NCBI RefSeq assembly: GCF_000406145.1
Contig: NZ_CM001976.1
Coordinates: 4,673,677-4,705,676 of the forward strand
Reading direction: 5' to 3'
From: Dickeya dadantii NCPPB 898
Lineage (GTDB): Bacteria; Pseudomonadota; Gammaproteobacteria; Enterobacterales; Enterobacteriaceae
DNA length: 32,000 nt
The position numbers and the translations under genes are program-made. Numbering within the stretch: the first letter of the stretch is position 1; each line of letters opens with the position of its first letter. This document shows positions 1 through 9,024 of the stretch, in pieces. The notes beneath the pieces are model-generated. The model was given only the letters and a program-made list of their open reading frames with translations. It was not told the DNA's origin and searched no databases.

Positions 1-501
1 GCGCTGACAAGGCGCAGTGCAGCACGTCAACTAACGCATCTGAGGGAGCTGGAGCACCAGATAGCAGAAGTTGAACGTGAGTTAAGCGCGTGGTTCCACA
101 GTCAGGAGGCCTGCAGGCGGCTGGAAAAAGTCCCCGGAGTTGGCATGCTGACGGCGACGTATATGGTTGCAGCAGTAGGGGATGGTTCACAGTTTACCTC
201 CTCAAAACAGTTTGCGGCGTGGGTGGGGCTGACGCCGAAGGAGCACTCCAGTGGAGGCAAGCAGTGGCTGGGCCCCATAAGTAAGCGGGGTGACCGTTAT
301 TTTCGCTATCTGCTGATACATGGAGCAAGAGCACTGGCGGCAGTGATAGAGCGACACCGTGATAAACAGACATGGTTTTATAGCCTGCTGAAGAGAAAAC
401 CGTTCAACGTGGCAGTGGTCGCCCAGGCAGGCAGAACAGCGAGAATCTTGTGGTCAATGTTGAGAGGCGGGAGTGAATACCGGGAAATCGCGCCTGTCTG
501 A
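1..501 (+). CDS. IS110-family transposase, C-terminal ~166 aa (5' end lies outside the window)
   Basis: Frame 1 is open from nt 1 (ALTRRSAARQLTHLRELEHQ...) and runs into listed ORF 145..501. Motifs VPGVGMLTA, FTSSKQFAAWVGLTPKEHSSGGK, ISKRGDRYFRYLLIHGA and VVAQAGRTARILW are typical of the IS110/IS1111 C-terminal (Transposase_20) domain. Stop TGA at 499-501. Confidence 0.85.
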   Translation, partial: ALTRRSAARQLTHLRELEHQIAEVERELSAWFHSQEACRRLEKVPGVGMLTATYMVAAVGDGSQFTSSKQFAAWVGLTPKEHSSGGKQWLGPISKRGDRYFRYLLIHGARALAAVIERHRDKQTWFYSLLKRKPFNVAVVAQAGRTARILWSMLRGGSEYREIAPV

Positions 502-720
502 AGGACGGGTTTTAAAGGAAGGAAACGAGTCAGGCGGTTCTGAAAAGTGCAAGGTGTAATCACAGTAATGGCAAAACAGGTAAGACCACAGGAGAAACAG
601 GTCGTTCGCCGCGTGGGCTTTGAGCCCGAAGGGATGTAAGACGTTCTCCTGGCGGATTTCATTATGGTGTCGCGACAAAAGCGAAAAACCGGATATATGA
701 CTGCACAACCTGCCATGCCG
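1..720 (+). mobile_element. Right-hand part of an IS110/IS1111-family insertion sequence; right boundary cannot be fixed from this window (anywhere from ~505 to ~1060)
   Basis: Transposase fragment plus a non-coding tail. The left end and other copies are unavailable, so no terminal or sub-terminal repeats can be paired. Confidence 0.35.
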
Positions 721-943
721 TTTTAAAGAAAACAGATTGCAAATGTGGGAGCGTCCATATATGCGGCGAAAGCCCGTGCCGCGCCGGACAAAAACGTTGG
801 GAACGTTTTTGAACAGCGTTTACGCTGGCCCGAAGGGCGAGCCCCAGGGATGGGGCGAGTAATCACGTCACGGGCGGCCCGAACAGCGAAGTCGAACGCC
901 GAAGGGACCGCGTAGCGGCACAGTTTAGCCACCAGCCAGTGGT

Positions 944-974
944 CAAGGAGAGGTGGCGCTTGCACCTCTCCTTG
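944..974. other. Perfect 12-bp stem / 7-nt loop hairpin of unknown role
   Basis: CAAGGAGAGGTG (944-955), loop gcgcttg, CACCTCTCCTTG (963-974). No T/A run on either side, so it is not a canonical terminator. Confidence 0.6.
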
Positions 975-1090
975 TCGTGCGTGCGATGGAATGGCAGAGA
1001 AACGACACCGTTTATCCCGCACGAAACTATTCACTTACCAGACAAGATTCACCGTTCGTAAGACAACATGGCTGTTTGTCAACAGTCTCA

Positions 1091-1108
1091 GGGCCGCAAA
1101 AGCGGCCC
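1091..1108 (-). terminator. GC hairpin 21 nt downstream of the aldB stop; possible non-canonical terminator or REP-like stabiliser
   Basis: GGGCCGC-aaaa-GCGGCCC. No U-tract follows on the minus strand. Confidence 0.3.
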
Positions 1109-1128
1109 TCTCCCGACAGACGACTGGC

Positions 1129-2667
1129 TCAGAACAGGCCGAGCGGTTTCTCGGAGTAACTCACCAGCAGGCATTTGGTCTGCTGGTAGTGCTCCAGCAT
1201 CATCTTGTGGGTTTCACGCCCGATACCGGACTGTTTGTAACCGCCGAACGCCGCATGTGCCGGGTAGGCATGGTAACAGTTGGTCCAGACGCGGCCAGCC
1301 TGGATGCCACGCCCCATGCGGTAGGCGATGTTGGCATTGCGGCTCCATACCCCAGCGCCCAGACCATAAGGGGTGTCGTTGGCGATCGCCAGCGCCTCCT
1401 CCGGCGTTTTGAAGGTGGTTACCGCCAGCACCGGCCCGAAGATCTCCTCCTGGAATACCCGCATGCTGTTCTGGCCGAACAGGATGGTCGGCTCCAGATA
1501 GTAACCTTGCGCCAGTTCCCCCGGCAGCACTTTACGGTGCCCGCCGGTCAGCACCTGTGCGCCTTCTTTTTTGCCGATATCGATGTAATTGAGGATGGTA
1601 TCCAGTTGCCCCGCCGATACCTGCGCGCCCATCATGGTTTGACTGTCGAGCGGATTGCCCACCCGGATGGATTCCACCCGTTTGATGGCGCGCTCCATGA
1701 ACCGTTCGTAAATCGACTCCTGAATCAACGCCCGGCTCGGGCAGGTGCACACCTCGCCCTGATTAAAAGCAAACAACGCGAACCCTTCCAACACCTTGTC
1801 AAAGAAGCTGTCTTCCTGATCCATCACGTCGGCAAAGAAGATATTCGGCGATTTGCCGCCCAGCTCCAGCGTCACCGGGATGACGTTCTGCGCCGCATAA
1901 CCCATGATCTGCTGGCCGACTTCGGTCGAACCGGTAAAAGCGACTTTAGCGATACGCGGCGACGTCGCCAGGTACTCGCCGATTTGCCCGCCGGCGCCGT
2001 TAACCACATTCAGCACGCCCGGCGGCAGTACATCCTGAATCAGCTCCATCAGCAACAACACCGACAGCGGCGTCAGCTTGGCGGGCTTCAGCACGATGCA
2101 GTTACCCGCCGCCAGCGCCGGCGCCAGTTTCCAGCACGCCATCAGCAGCGGAAAGTTCCACGGAATAATCTGCCCGACCACGCCCAGCGGCTCGTGAAAA
2201 TGGTAGGCGACGGTGTCATGGTCGATTTCGCTGATCGCCCCCTCCTGCGCGCGAATACAGGCGGCAAAGTAGCGGAAATGATCGATGCCCAACGGCACAT
2301 CGGCATTGCGGGTTTCCCGGATCGGTTTCCCGTTGTCCCAGGTTTCCGCGCTGGCCAGCAGATCCAGATTGGCCTCCATGCGATCGGCGATGCGGTTGAG
2401 GATCTGCGCCCGTTCGCGGGTGGATAGCGCCCCCCATTCGGCGCTGGCTTTGTGAGCCGCATCCAGCGCATGCTCGACGTCGCGGTTGTTCGAACTGGCG
2501 ACTTCGCACAGCGGCTGGCCGGTCACCGGCGTCAGGTTGACGTAATATTCGTTGCTGGATGGCGGCACCCAGGCGCCGCCGATAAAGTTGTCGTAGCGCT
2601 TTTTCAGCGTGAGGGCGGGTCCATATTCACCGGGCAACACCCGGTTTCCTGCGGTATCGATGGCCAT
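1129..2667 (-). CDS. aldB: NAD(P)-dependent aldehyde dehydrogenase B
   Basis: 512-aa ORF, the same length as E. coli AldB and near-collinear with it as I recall it ([54 protein letters not shown]-terminal [17 protein letters not shown]). Confidence 0.97.
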   Translation of the reverse strand: MAIDTAGNRVLPGEYGPALTLKKRYDNFIGGAWVPPSSNEYYVNLTPVTGQPLCEVASSNNRDVEHALDAAHKASAEWGALSTRERAQILNRIADRMEANLDLLASAETWDNGKPIRETRNADVPLGIDHFRYFAACIRAQEGAISEIDHDTVAYHFHEPLGVVGQIIPWNFPLLMACWKLAPALAAGNCIVLKPAKLTPLSVLLLMELIQDVLPPGVLNVVNGAGGQIGEYLATSPRIAKVAFTGSTEVGQQIMGYAAQNVIPVTLELGGKSPNIFFADVMDQEDSFFDKVLEGFALFAFNQGEVCTCPSRALIQESIYERFMERAIKRVESIRVGNPLDSQTMMGAQVSAGQLDTILNYIDIGKKEGAQVLTGGHRKVLPGELAQGYYLEPTILFGQNSMRVFQEEIFGPVLAVTTFKTPEEALAIANDTPYGLGAGVWSRNANIAYRMGRGIQAGRVWTNCYHAYPAHAAFGGYKQSGIGRETHKMMLEHYQQTKCLLVSYSEKPLGLF

Positions 2668-3004
2668 GTCTATCTCCTTTAGTGCTACAGGGTGTCATCG
2701 CAGGCGGATGCCCGACGTCATGTCGGCTCCCCCTGCGCCGCGGCAGCCAGAACCTGCCAGGGCGAAACCGGCAGGAATGAAAAGCCCTGTCTGGCTGATA
2801 AGTCCTCACAAAAAGTAATGATTAAATCGTATACATTGTTACCAGATTGTAAAAGATCTACCGCAGGGAAAAATGCCACTCTTCGACGCAGCGCACAGTT
2901 TGTTATTTCCATATCAAAGCCATACTTTTTTATCCGTAGGGTGTGGATGGAAGCTAACGGGATAAAAATTCGCATCCCCGCCACGGCGGTGAAATAATGT
3001 CAAA

Positions 3005-3859
3005 ATGGATTCACGCAACAGCGGGCATAACACCGTGAACAATGATGATTCTCAGGGCCTCGCAGAGAGATTGATAGCCGGCGCCTGCCAGCGCACCGTC
3101 TGGCATCAGGGTGAACTGGATACGCCGCGGCAGGACTGGCTGGCGGAAGAAGTGCCGGTGGCGCTGGTCTATAACGGTATTTCACACGTAGTGATGATGG
3201 CATCGCCAAAAGACCTGGAGCCGTTTGCGCTCGGTTTTTCCCTGTCGGAAGGCATCATCCAATCGCCGCAGGACATCTACGGTATTGATGTCGTGCCGGT
3301 GTGTAACGGCATCGAAGTGCAGATCGAGCTGTCCAGCCGCCGTTTTGCCGGGTTGAAAGCGCGCCGGCGAGCAATGGACGGACGCACCGGCTGCGGGGTC
3401 TGCGGGGTGGAACAGCTGGAAGAAATCGGCAAACCGGTGTCGCCGCTGCCGTTCACCCAGCATTTCTCGCTATCCCATCTGGAACAGGCGTTGCGGGCGA
3501 TGAAAAGCGTACAGCAGGCAGGCGCGCTGACCGGTTCAACCCACGCCGCGGCCTGGCTGTCGCCAGAAGGGGAACTGTTGGGCGGCTGTGAAGATGTGGG
3601 CCGCCATGTGGCGCTGGACAAACTGCTGGGAACGCGGGCGCGTCAGCCCTGGCAGCAGGGGGCGGCGTTGGTATCCAGCCGCGCCAGCTATGAAATGGTG
3701 CAGAAGTCCGCCATGTGCGGGGTAGAAATCCTGTTTGCGGTTTCAGCCGCCACCTCGCTGGCGGTAGAAGTGGCCGAGCGCTGCAATCTGACGCTGGTCG
3801 GTTTCTGCCGTCCCGGTCGCGCCACCGTCTATACCCACCCGCAGCGGTTGCGGGCATGA
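3005..3859 (+). CDS. fdhD: Formate dehydrogenase accessory sulfurtransferase FdhD
   Basis: 284-aa ORF. Long identical blocks with E. coli FdhD ([87 protein letters not shown]). Confidence 0.95.
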   Translation: MDSRNSGHNTVNNDDSQGLAERLIAGACQRTVWHQGELDTPRQDWLAEEVPVALVYNGISHVVMMASPKDLEPFALGFSLSEGIIQSPQDIYGIDVVPVCNGIEVQIELSSRRFAGLKARRRAMDGRTGCGVCGVEQLEEIGKPVSPLPFTQHFSLSHLEQALRAMKSVQQAGALTGSTHAAAWLSPEGELLGGCEDVGRHVALDKLLGTRARQPWQQGAALVSSRASYEMVQKSAMCGVEILFAVSAATSLAVEVAERCNLTLVGFCRPGRATVYTHPQRLRA

Positions 3860-3967
3860 TGGTCAGGCCAGGCATAGCTTAGACCGATTTGTTGTTAGCT
3901 GGGGCGATTACGGCATAAACGCTTGTAATCTTGGAATAAAGCACGCCGACAAACCGCCCCGTGCCAC

Positions 3968-4004
3968 GAATAATCATTTTCAAGATCATTTAATTAACTA
4001 TAAT
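3968..4004 (+). promoter_or_regulatory. sodA promoter: Fur-box-like operator (3968-3990) and TATAAT -10 (3999-4004)
   Basis: GAATAATCATTTTCAAGATCATTTAATTAACTATAATGAACC is almost identical to the E. coli sodA promoter/Fur-box region as I recall it. AT-rich dyad of the GATAATGATAATCATTATC type. Confidence 0.6.
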
Positions 4005-4085
4005 GAACCTAATGCTTACGCGGCGCTAACACGCAACGGTGCCGCTCAATACTAATTGCGCACGACAACAATGGAGATGCTAAAC

Positions 4086-4712
4086 ATGAGTTATTCACTG
4101 CCATCCCTGCCTTATGCTTATGACGCACTGGAGCCGCACTTCGACAAGCAAACGATGGAAATCCATCACTCCAAACACCATCAGGCTTACGTCAATAACG
4201 CTAATGCAGCGCTGGAGTCCCTGCCTGAGTTTGCCGGCCTGTCCGCCGAAGAGCTGATCACCAAACTGGATCAACTGCCGGCCGACAAAAAAGGCCCGCT
4301 GCGTAACAACGCCGGCGGCCACGCCAACCACAGCCTGTTCTGGAAAGGCCTGAAACTGGGCACCACGCTGACAGGCGAACTGAAAGCCGCCATTGAGCGC
4401 GATTTCGGCAGCGTTGACGCATTCAAGGAAAAATTCGAGCAGGCAGCAGCAACCCGTTTCGGCTCCGGCTGGGCATGGCTGGTACTGAAAGATGACGGCA
4501 AACTGGCTGTCGTTTCCACCGCCAACCAGGACAGCCCACTGATGGGCGAAGCGATTTCCGGCGCGTCCGGCTACCCGATCGTCGCACTGGACGTATGGGA
4601 ACACGCTTACTACCTGAAATACCAGAACCGCCGTCCGGACTACATCAAAGCATTCTGGAGTGTCGTTAACTGGGACGAAGCGGCTAAACGTTTTGCTGAA
4701 GCCCAAAAATAA
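4086..4712 (+). CDS. sodA: Manganese superoxide dismutase
   Basis: [38 protein letters not shown]... is collinear with E. coli SodA. GGAG lies 9 nt upstream of ATG 4086. The listed ORF start at 4056 is a TTG extension. Confidence 0.97.
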   Translation: MSYSLPSLPYAYDALEPHFDKQTMEIHHSKHHQAYVNNANAALESLPEFAGLSAEELITKLDQLPADKKGPLRNNAGGHANHSLFWKGLKLGTTLTGELKAAIERDFGSVDAFKEKFEQAAATRFGSGWAWLVLKDDGKLAVVSTANQDSPLMGEAISGASGYPIVALDVWEHAYYLKYQNRRPDYIKAFWSVVNWDEAAKRFAEAQK

Positions 4713-4734
4713 GTAAAAGGTAAAAATTAATTTC

Positions 4735-4861
4735 TATACCCTAAATAATTCGAGTTGCAGGAAGGCGGCGACACAGCGAATCCCCAGGAGCTTACTCAGG
4801 TAAGTAACTGGGGTGAGCGAGGAAAGCCAACGCACCTGCAACTTGAAGTATGACGGGTATA
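4735..4861. repeat. ERIC / IRU element (enterobacterial repetitive intergenic consensus), 127 bp
   Basis: Contains GCGAATCCCCAGGAGCTTAC and GTAAGTAACTGGGGTGAGCG (the ERIC1R/ERIC2 primer regions with 1-2 mismatches), plus AATTCGAGTTGCAGGAAGGCGGC and GCCAACGCACCTGCAACTTGAAGTATGACGGGTATA. Terminal inverted TATACCC/GGGTATA. Confidence 0.9.
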
Positions 4862-4883
4862 AATCAGAAATTAACGCGACAAA

Positions 4884-4917
4884 CCCGGAATAACATTTGT
4901 TATACCGGGTTTTTTTT
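4884..4917 (+). terminator. Rho-independent terminator of sodA
   Basis: CCCGGAATAAC-attt-GTTATACCGGG followed by T8. Confidence 0.8.
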
Positions 4918-4953
4918 ATTTTATTTTCCGGATTATCACTACGAAAAGCAGTA

Positions 4954-4980
4954 TAAAGTTTTACTATGGTGCGCCGATAG
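4954..4980 (+). promoter_or_regulatory. Sigma28 (FliA) class-III flagellar/chemotaxis promoter for the MCP gene
   Basis: TAAAGTTT (4954-4961), 11-nt spacer, GCCGATAG (4973-4980), against consensus TAAAGTTT-N11-GCCGATAA. Confidence 0.7.
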
Positions 4981-5103
4981 ATTCTGCATGTTCTTGTCAT
5001 AGCCTGCACACAGCCGCCAGTATGGCAATTTCACACTCACCGTAAACAGTTATTAATCACCTTACTTCATCACTCAGCCTAATTAATGATGGAAAGAAAA
5101 AAA

Positions 5104-6990
5104 ATGGCTATAAAACTCGAAAATATCAAAGTTGGCAGGAAGTTAGGATTAGGGTTTTCCTTAATCCTACTGCTGACCGTCATTATTGCTGCAGTCAGCG
5201 TACGCTACATCGAAACACTGAAAGGGCGTTTTGAAAAAGTAATCTTCAGCAATCAAATCAGCGATGAGGTTAATGAAGCCCGTTATTATCGGGTATTGTA
5301 TAGTACAAGTTATAATACGGATAGCATTCAGCAAAACACCAAACACATTGATAACATTATTAATTTAATTTCTTCAATTCAGGATAAATCCTGGCGCGGC
5401 GATTACGACGACAAACTGGCGAATATCGCAAAGCTCATCAGCCAATATAAAGAAAGACAAAAAAACTATACCGATGCCGTCGCTAAAAAAGATGACGTCA
5501 GAAAAAGCTGGAACCTTTCCGATTCGGAAAAACCCCTTAAGCAGATCGAGCAACAGGTTGCCGGCAACTTGCCATTACAATTCCAATTAAGCACGCTGCA
5601 CCAGAAGCTGGTGACGGTCCGTTATTTGGTGCGCGGTCTGTTGCTGTCGCTGAACAGCGATGCGGAAAAACCGCTGGTTACCGCGCTGGACGACGCACAG
5701 GCGGCGCTGAATCAGTTTATTCAGGCGCTGACACCGGAGCAACAAGCCATCATGGCGCCGGTAGTCTCTACGCTATCGACCTACAAAACGCAGGTACTGG
5801 CCTATCTTCCGGCTTATCAGGGGGAGATGAATCAGGCCAAACAGCTGGGCGAGACGGCTAATCAGTTACTTGATAATGTCGACAAGATGGTTACCGAGGA
5901 AACCGCAGCCACCCAGAACGATATCACCAACGCCGAATGGCAGATCGCCATCACTGCGCTGATTACCCTGATATTGGGCGTGCTGATTGCCTGGTATATC
6001 TCTCGCCAGATTACCCACCCGCTGAACAATACCGTCGCCATCGCCGAAAGTATCGCCACTGGCGACCTGACTATATCGATTGAAACCACACGCCGAGACG
6101 AACTGGGCATGTTGTACGGCGCGATGGCGAAAATGAAAGCCAATCTGCACAACATGATTGACGACATCCGTATGGGGGTCAGTCAGATCACCACCGCCGC
6201 CAGCGAAATCGTCACCGGCAACAACGACCTGGCCGCTCGTACCGAATCCCAGGCCGCCTCGGTGGAAGAAACCGCCGCCAGCATGGAACAGTTGACGTCC
6301 ACTGTGAAACAGAATGCCGCTAACGCGCATCAGGCCAACAAACTGGTGTTGGACGCCACCGAGACGGCGAAAGCAGGCGGCAAACTGGTGGAAGACGTGG
6401 TGCAAACCATGTCCGACATCGAAGGCAGTTCCAAACGCATCGCGGAAATCACCTCGGTGATCAACGGCATCGCCTTCCAGACCAACATTCTGGCGCTTAA
6501 CGCCGCGGTGGAAGCCGCCCGCGCCGGTGAACAGGGCCGTGGTTTCGCCGTGGTGGCCAATGAAGTGCGCAATCTGGCGCAACGCAGTTCGCAGGCCGCC
6601 AAAGAGATCGAAGGGTTGATTTCCACGTCGGTCGATCAGGTATCCAAAGGCGCCCATCTGGTGCACAACGCCGGTAAAACCATGCAGGAAATTGTGACCG
6701 CGGTGACGCATGTGCACGATATCATGGGTGAAATCACCGTCGCATCCGATGAACAAAGCCGTGGTATCGCTCAGGTGAATCAGGCGATCGTCGAAATGGA
6801 CAGCACCACCCAGCAGAATGCCGCGTTGGTGCAGCAGTCTTCCGCCGCCGCCAGCTCGCTGGAAGAACAGGCGGTCATGCTCTCCAACACCGTGTCGGCT
6901 TTCCGTCTCTCTTCCGCGCATGAACTGGCGCCGGCCAGCCACGGTTTACCGTTTGCCGGGCATCATCAGCAACTGTCTTATAAGCGGTAA
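5104..6990 (+). CDS. Methyl-accepting chemotaxis protein (2 TM, ~240-aa all-helical periplasmic sensor, HAMP, MCP signalling domain)
   Basis: Conserved signalling hairpin ...[40 protein letters not shown]... TM helices at about aa 20-40 and [27 protein letters not shown] lies 8 nt upstream of ATG 5104; an alternative in-frame ATG is at 5086. No C-terminal NWETF pentapeptide. Confidence 0.9.
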   Translation: MAIKLENIKVGRKLGLGFSLILLLTVIIAAVSVRYIETLKGRFEKVIFSNQISDEVNEARYYRVLYSTSYNTDSIQQNTKHIDNIINLISSIQDKSWRGDYDDKLANIAKLISQYKERQKNYTDAVAKKDDVRKSWNLSDSEKPLKQIEQQVAGNLPLQFQLSTLHQKLVTVRYLVRGLLLSLNSDAEKPLVTALDDAQAALNQFIQALTPEQQAIMAPVVSTLSTYKTQVLAYLPAYQGEMNQAKQLGETANQLLDNVDKMVTEETAATQNDITNAEWQIAITALITLILGVLIAWYISRQITHPLNNTVAIAESIATGDLTISIETTRRDELGMLYGAMAKMKANLHNMIDDIRMGVSQITTAASEIVTGNNDLAARTESQAASVEETAASMEQLTSTVKQNAANAHQANKLVLDATETAKAGGKLVEDVVQTMSDIEGSSKRIAEITSVINGIAFQTNILALNAAVEAARAGEQGRGFAVVANEVRNLAQRSSQAAKEIEGLISTSVDQVSKGAHLVHNAGKTMQEIVTAVTHVHDIMGEITVASDEQSRGIAQVNQAIVEMDSTTQQNAALVQQSSAAASSLEEQAVMLSNTVSAFRLSSAHELAPASHGLPFAGHHQQLSYKR

Positions 6991-7061
6991 CGGCAGATCA
7001 CAGCCGGACGGCACAGCGCCGCCCCTGCAACAAAAGGGATAAGCGTGAACGTCATCAACGC

Positions 7062-7098
7062 AAAAAGGGCAGCCCAAACGGGCTGCCCTTTGTTATTT
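7062..7098. terminator. Bidirectional rho-independent terminator between the convergent MCP and mtlR genes
   Basis: A5-GGGCAGCCC-aaac-GGGCTGCCC-TTTGTTATTT. Confidence 0.8.
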
Positions 7099-7110
7099 GA
7101 TATCCTGCGG

Positions 7111-7641
7111 TCAGAACGCTTTTTTCAGGCTGATGCCGGCGATAAGTTCGGTCAACGACAACACCAGCGTGGAACGCACCATCTGCTGATAACGCTGCTG
7201 TTGCATGGCCGCCAGCAATGCGTCGTCGGGATCGACGCTCGGCGGCAGCATCGGCGACGGCGGCAGGCTGCTCACACAATGCAGCTCGCTGATCGGCCCG
7301 AGGATTTCGTCATCGGTAAACCGGTACTCGTGCTCATCGTGGGTGAGCTCCTCGCCCAACGCCATCAGCAGTTCGGTATCTTCGTATTCTTTACGGCTGA
7401 TCATGCCCAGACCGTAAATCAGCTTCAACCGCACCGACAGCTCGCCCAGCGGCCCGCTGCCGGATAACAGCGGTTCGACGGCGTACTTCACGGCATAATC
7501 GTCTTTACGAAACGCCTGCAGCATCAGCAGGCTGACGGCTTCCGCCAATAACTCGACGGCCATCAGCATAAAACTTCTGACCGTTTTCGATGCATTCAGG
7601 GATTCCAGTACCCGGTTTTCAAATGCCTGCGTATCGTCCAT
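7111..7641 (-). CDS. mtlR: Mannitol operon repressor MtlR
   Basis: Collinear with E. coli MtlR from TQAFENRVLE.LNA.KTVRSF to SLTELI..ISLKKAF. The start chosen is ATG 7641 (MDDTQAFENR). The ORF is open up to 7773, but that extension (RVRWIGRGVEDEKPCP...) covers hairpin-rich spacer and looks non-coding. Confidence 0.85.
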   Translation of the reverse strand: MDDTQAFENRVLESLNASKTVRSFMLMAVELLAEAVSLLMLQAFRKDDYAVKYAVEPLLSGSGPLGELSVRLKLIYGLGMISRKEYEDTELLMALGEELTHDEHEYRFTDDEILGPISELHCVSSLPPSPMLPPSVDPDDALLAAMQQQRYQQMVRSTLVLSLTELIAGISLKKAF

Positions 7642-7800
7642 CGTCGCTTCTCGTACGTTAATTCCGCGCACAGTGTCGCCCCTGCGCGGTGGAGCGGCTG
7701 ACTCCACGGGGCATGGCTTTTCATCTTCAACGCCCCGTCCTATCCAACGCACTCGATTGAAAAGCAGGGACACAGCCTGACCTGTGCCGAGACGCGCCGA

Positions 7801-8952
7801 TTACTGCATGGCGTTATACACACTCACCGCTTTTCCGACAACCTCGCCGTCGGCGTCCAGACCGGAAATCTGCGCCAGCGCAACCTTCGGCCCTTGCGAA
7901 GCGATCAACGCAGCCAGTTCCTGCGCCTGCGGGTCCTGCTCGCTGCGGTAATGCATCGCGGCGGCAATGCCCTGAATCAGGTTGTCATGCGGCAGACCGT
8001 ACTCCAGCGTGCCCAGCAACGGTTTGATCAGCCGATCGCCGGCGCTGAGTTTACGCAGCGGCTGACGGCCGACGCGCTCCACCTCATCGTGCAGCCACGG
8101 GTTTTCAAAACGGGTGAGAATTTTGCGGATGTAAGCCTGATGCTTGTCGGCATCAAAACCATAGCGACGAATCAGCACCGCGCCGCTCTCTTCCATCGCG
8201 CCCTGCACCACGCGGCGGATCGCCGGGTCCAGAATGGCATCGCGGATGGTGCTATGCCCGGCACGCTGGCCGAGGTAGGCGGTGATGGCATGACCGGTGT
8301 TAAGGGTGAACAGCTTGCGCTCAACGAACGCCATCAGGTTATCGGTCAGCTCCATACCGGCGATCGCCGGCGGCTCGCCGTTGAACTGGGTTTTATCCAC
8401 GATCCATTCGCTGAAGGTTTCCACCGTGACCGCCAGCGGATCGGACTCACCCGCTTCGGCCGGCGGCACAATACGGTCCACCGCCGAGTCGACAAAACCG
8501 ACATGCTGAGCGACCCACGCCTGTATATCTTCCGGCAATTGCGCCAGCACATGCTGCTTAAGCTGGCTGGTGCCGCGCACCATGTTTTCGCAGGCGATAA
8601 TATTCAGCGGCGAGGTGTTGCCGTTTGCATGACGTTTCACCAGCCCCTGAGCGATGGCGCCGGCGATCTTCGCCAGAATCTGCGGCCCTACGGCCGTTGT
8701 CACCAGATCAACCCCGGCAATCAACTCAACCGCCTGCGGGCTGCCGCTGTGCACGGCGCTGACCTGACTAACCGTCTCCACCTGCTGCTGTTCGCCGACG
8801 ATCCGCACCGGATAGCTACCGCGTTGATTGATGGCATCCAGCAACGGCTGGTTCACATCGGCAAACGTCAGGGAAATGCCCGCGTCCGCCAGCAGCTTGC
8901 CGATAAACCCACGGCCGATATTACCGGCCCCAAAATGTAATGCTTTCATCAT
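7801..8952 (-). CDS. mtlD: Mannitol-1-phosphate 5-dehydrogenase
   Basis: M(M)[24 protein letters not shown]... is collinear with E. coli MtlD. AAGG Shine-Dalgarno upstream. The start could be the second ATG (8949). Confidence 0.97.
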   Translation of the reverse strand: MMKALHFGAGNIGRGFIGKLLADAGISLTFADVNQPLLDAINQRGSYPVRIVGEQQQVETVSQVSAVHSGSPQAVELIAGVDLVTTAVGPQILAKIAGAIAQGLVKRHANGNTSPLNIIACENMVRGTSQLKQHVLAQLPEDIQAWVAQHVGFVDSAVDRIVPPAEAGESDPLAVTVETFSEWIVDKTQFNGEPPAIAGMELTDNLMAFVERKLFTLNTGHAITAYLGQRAGHSTIRDAILDPAIRRVVQGAMEESGAVLIRRYGFDADKHQAYIRKILTRFENPWLHDEVERVGRQPLRKLSAGDRLIKPLLGTLEYGLPHDNLIQGIAAAMHYRSEQDPQAQELAALIASQGPKVALAQISGLDADGEVVGKAVSVYNAMQ

Positions 8953-8993
8953 GCATAACCTTACTACTGAGATTTAACAATCCGGGAAAGAAA

Positions 8994-9013
8994 GCGCCGC
9001 CCGAAGGCGGCAC
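8994..9013 (-). other. Intercistronic GC hairpin between mtlA and mtlD (partial terminator or mRNA stabiliser)
   Basis: GCGCCGCC-cgaa-GGCGGCAC. On the minus strand it is followed by TTTCTTT. Confidence 0.5.
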
Positions 9014-9024
9014 TTTTTTATCTG

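Noticed and set aside
740-1000. Possible CsrB/RsmB-type sponge RNA (several GGA-containing motifs such as CCCCAGGGATGGGG and CAAGGAGAGG)
   Set aside because: Only one or two GGA motifs sit in predicted loops. Most loops are UUCG/GAA-type without GGA, far fewer than the many CAGGAUG repeats of Csr/Rsm sponge RNAs.
723-1034. 103-aa minus-strand ORF in the IS-aldB spacer
   Set aside because: No SD and an Arg/Ala/Pro-rich low-complexity translation. It spans the hairpin-dense region, so the open frame is most likely a by-product of GC-rich palindromes.
991-2427. 478-aa ORF on the plus strand
   Set aside because: It is entirely antisense to the strongly supported aldB gene. The composition is R/Q/H/G-rich, as is typical of a GC-rich shadow frame, and no domain motifs are recognisable.
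4056-4085. N-terminal extension of sodA (TTG start, [10 protein letters not shown])
   Set aside because: E. coli SodA begins at MSY(T/S)LPSLPY. ATG 4086 has a GGAG SD at ideal spacing, and the extension would overlap that SD.
5866-6942. 358-aa minus-strand ORF
   Set aside because: Antisense shadow of the MCP signalling domain, which is itself unambiguous.
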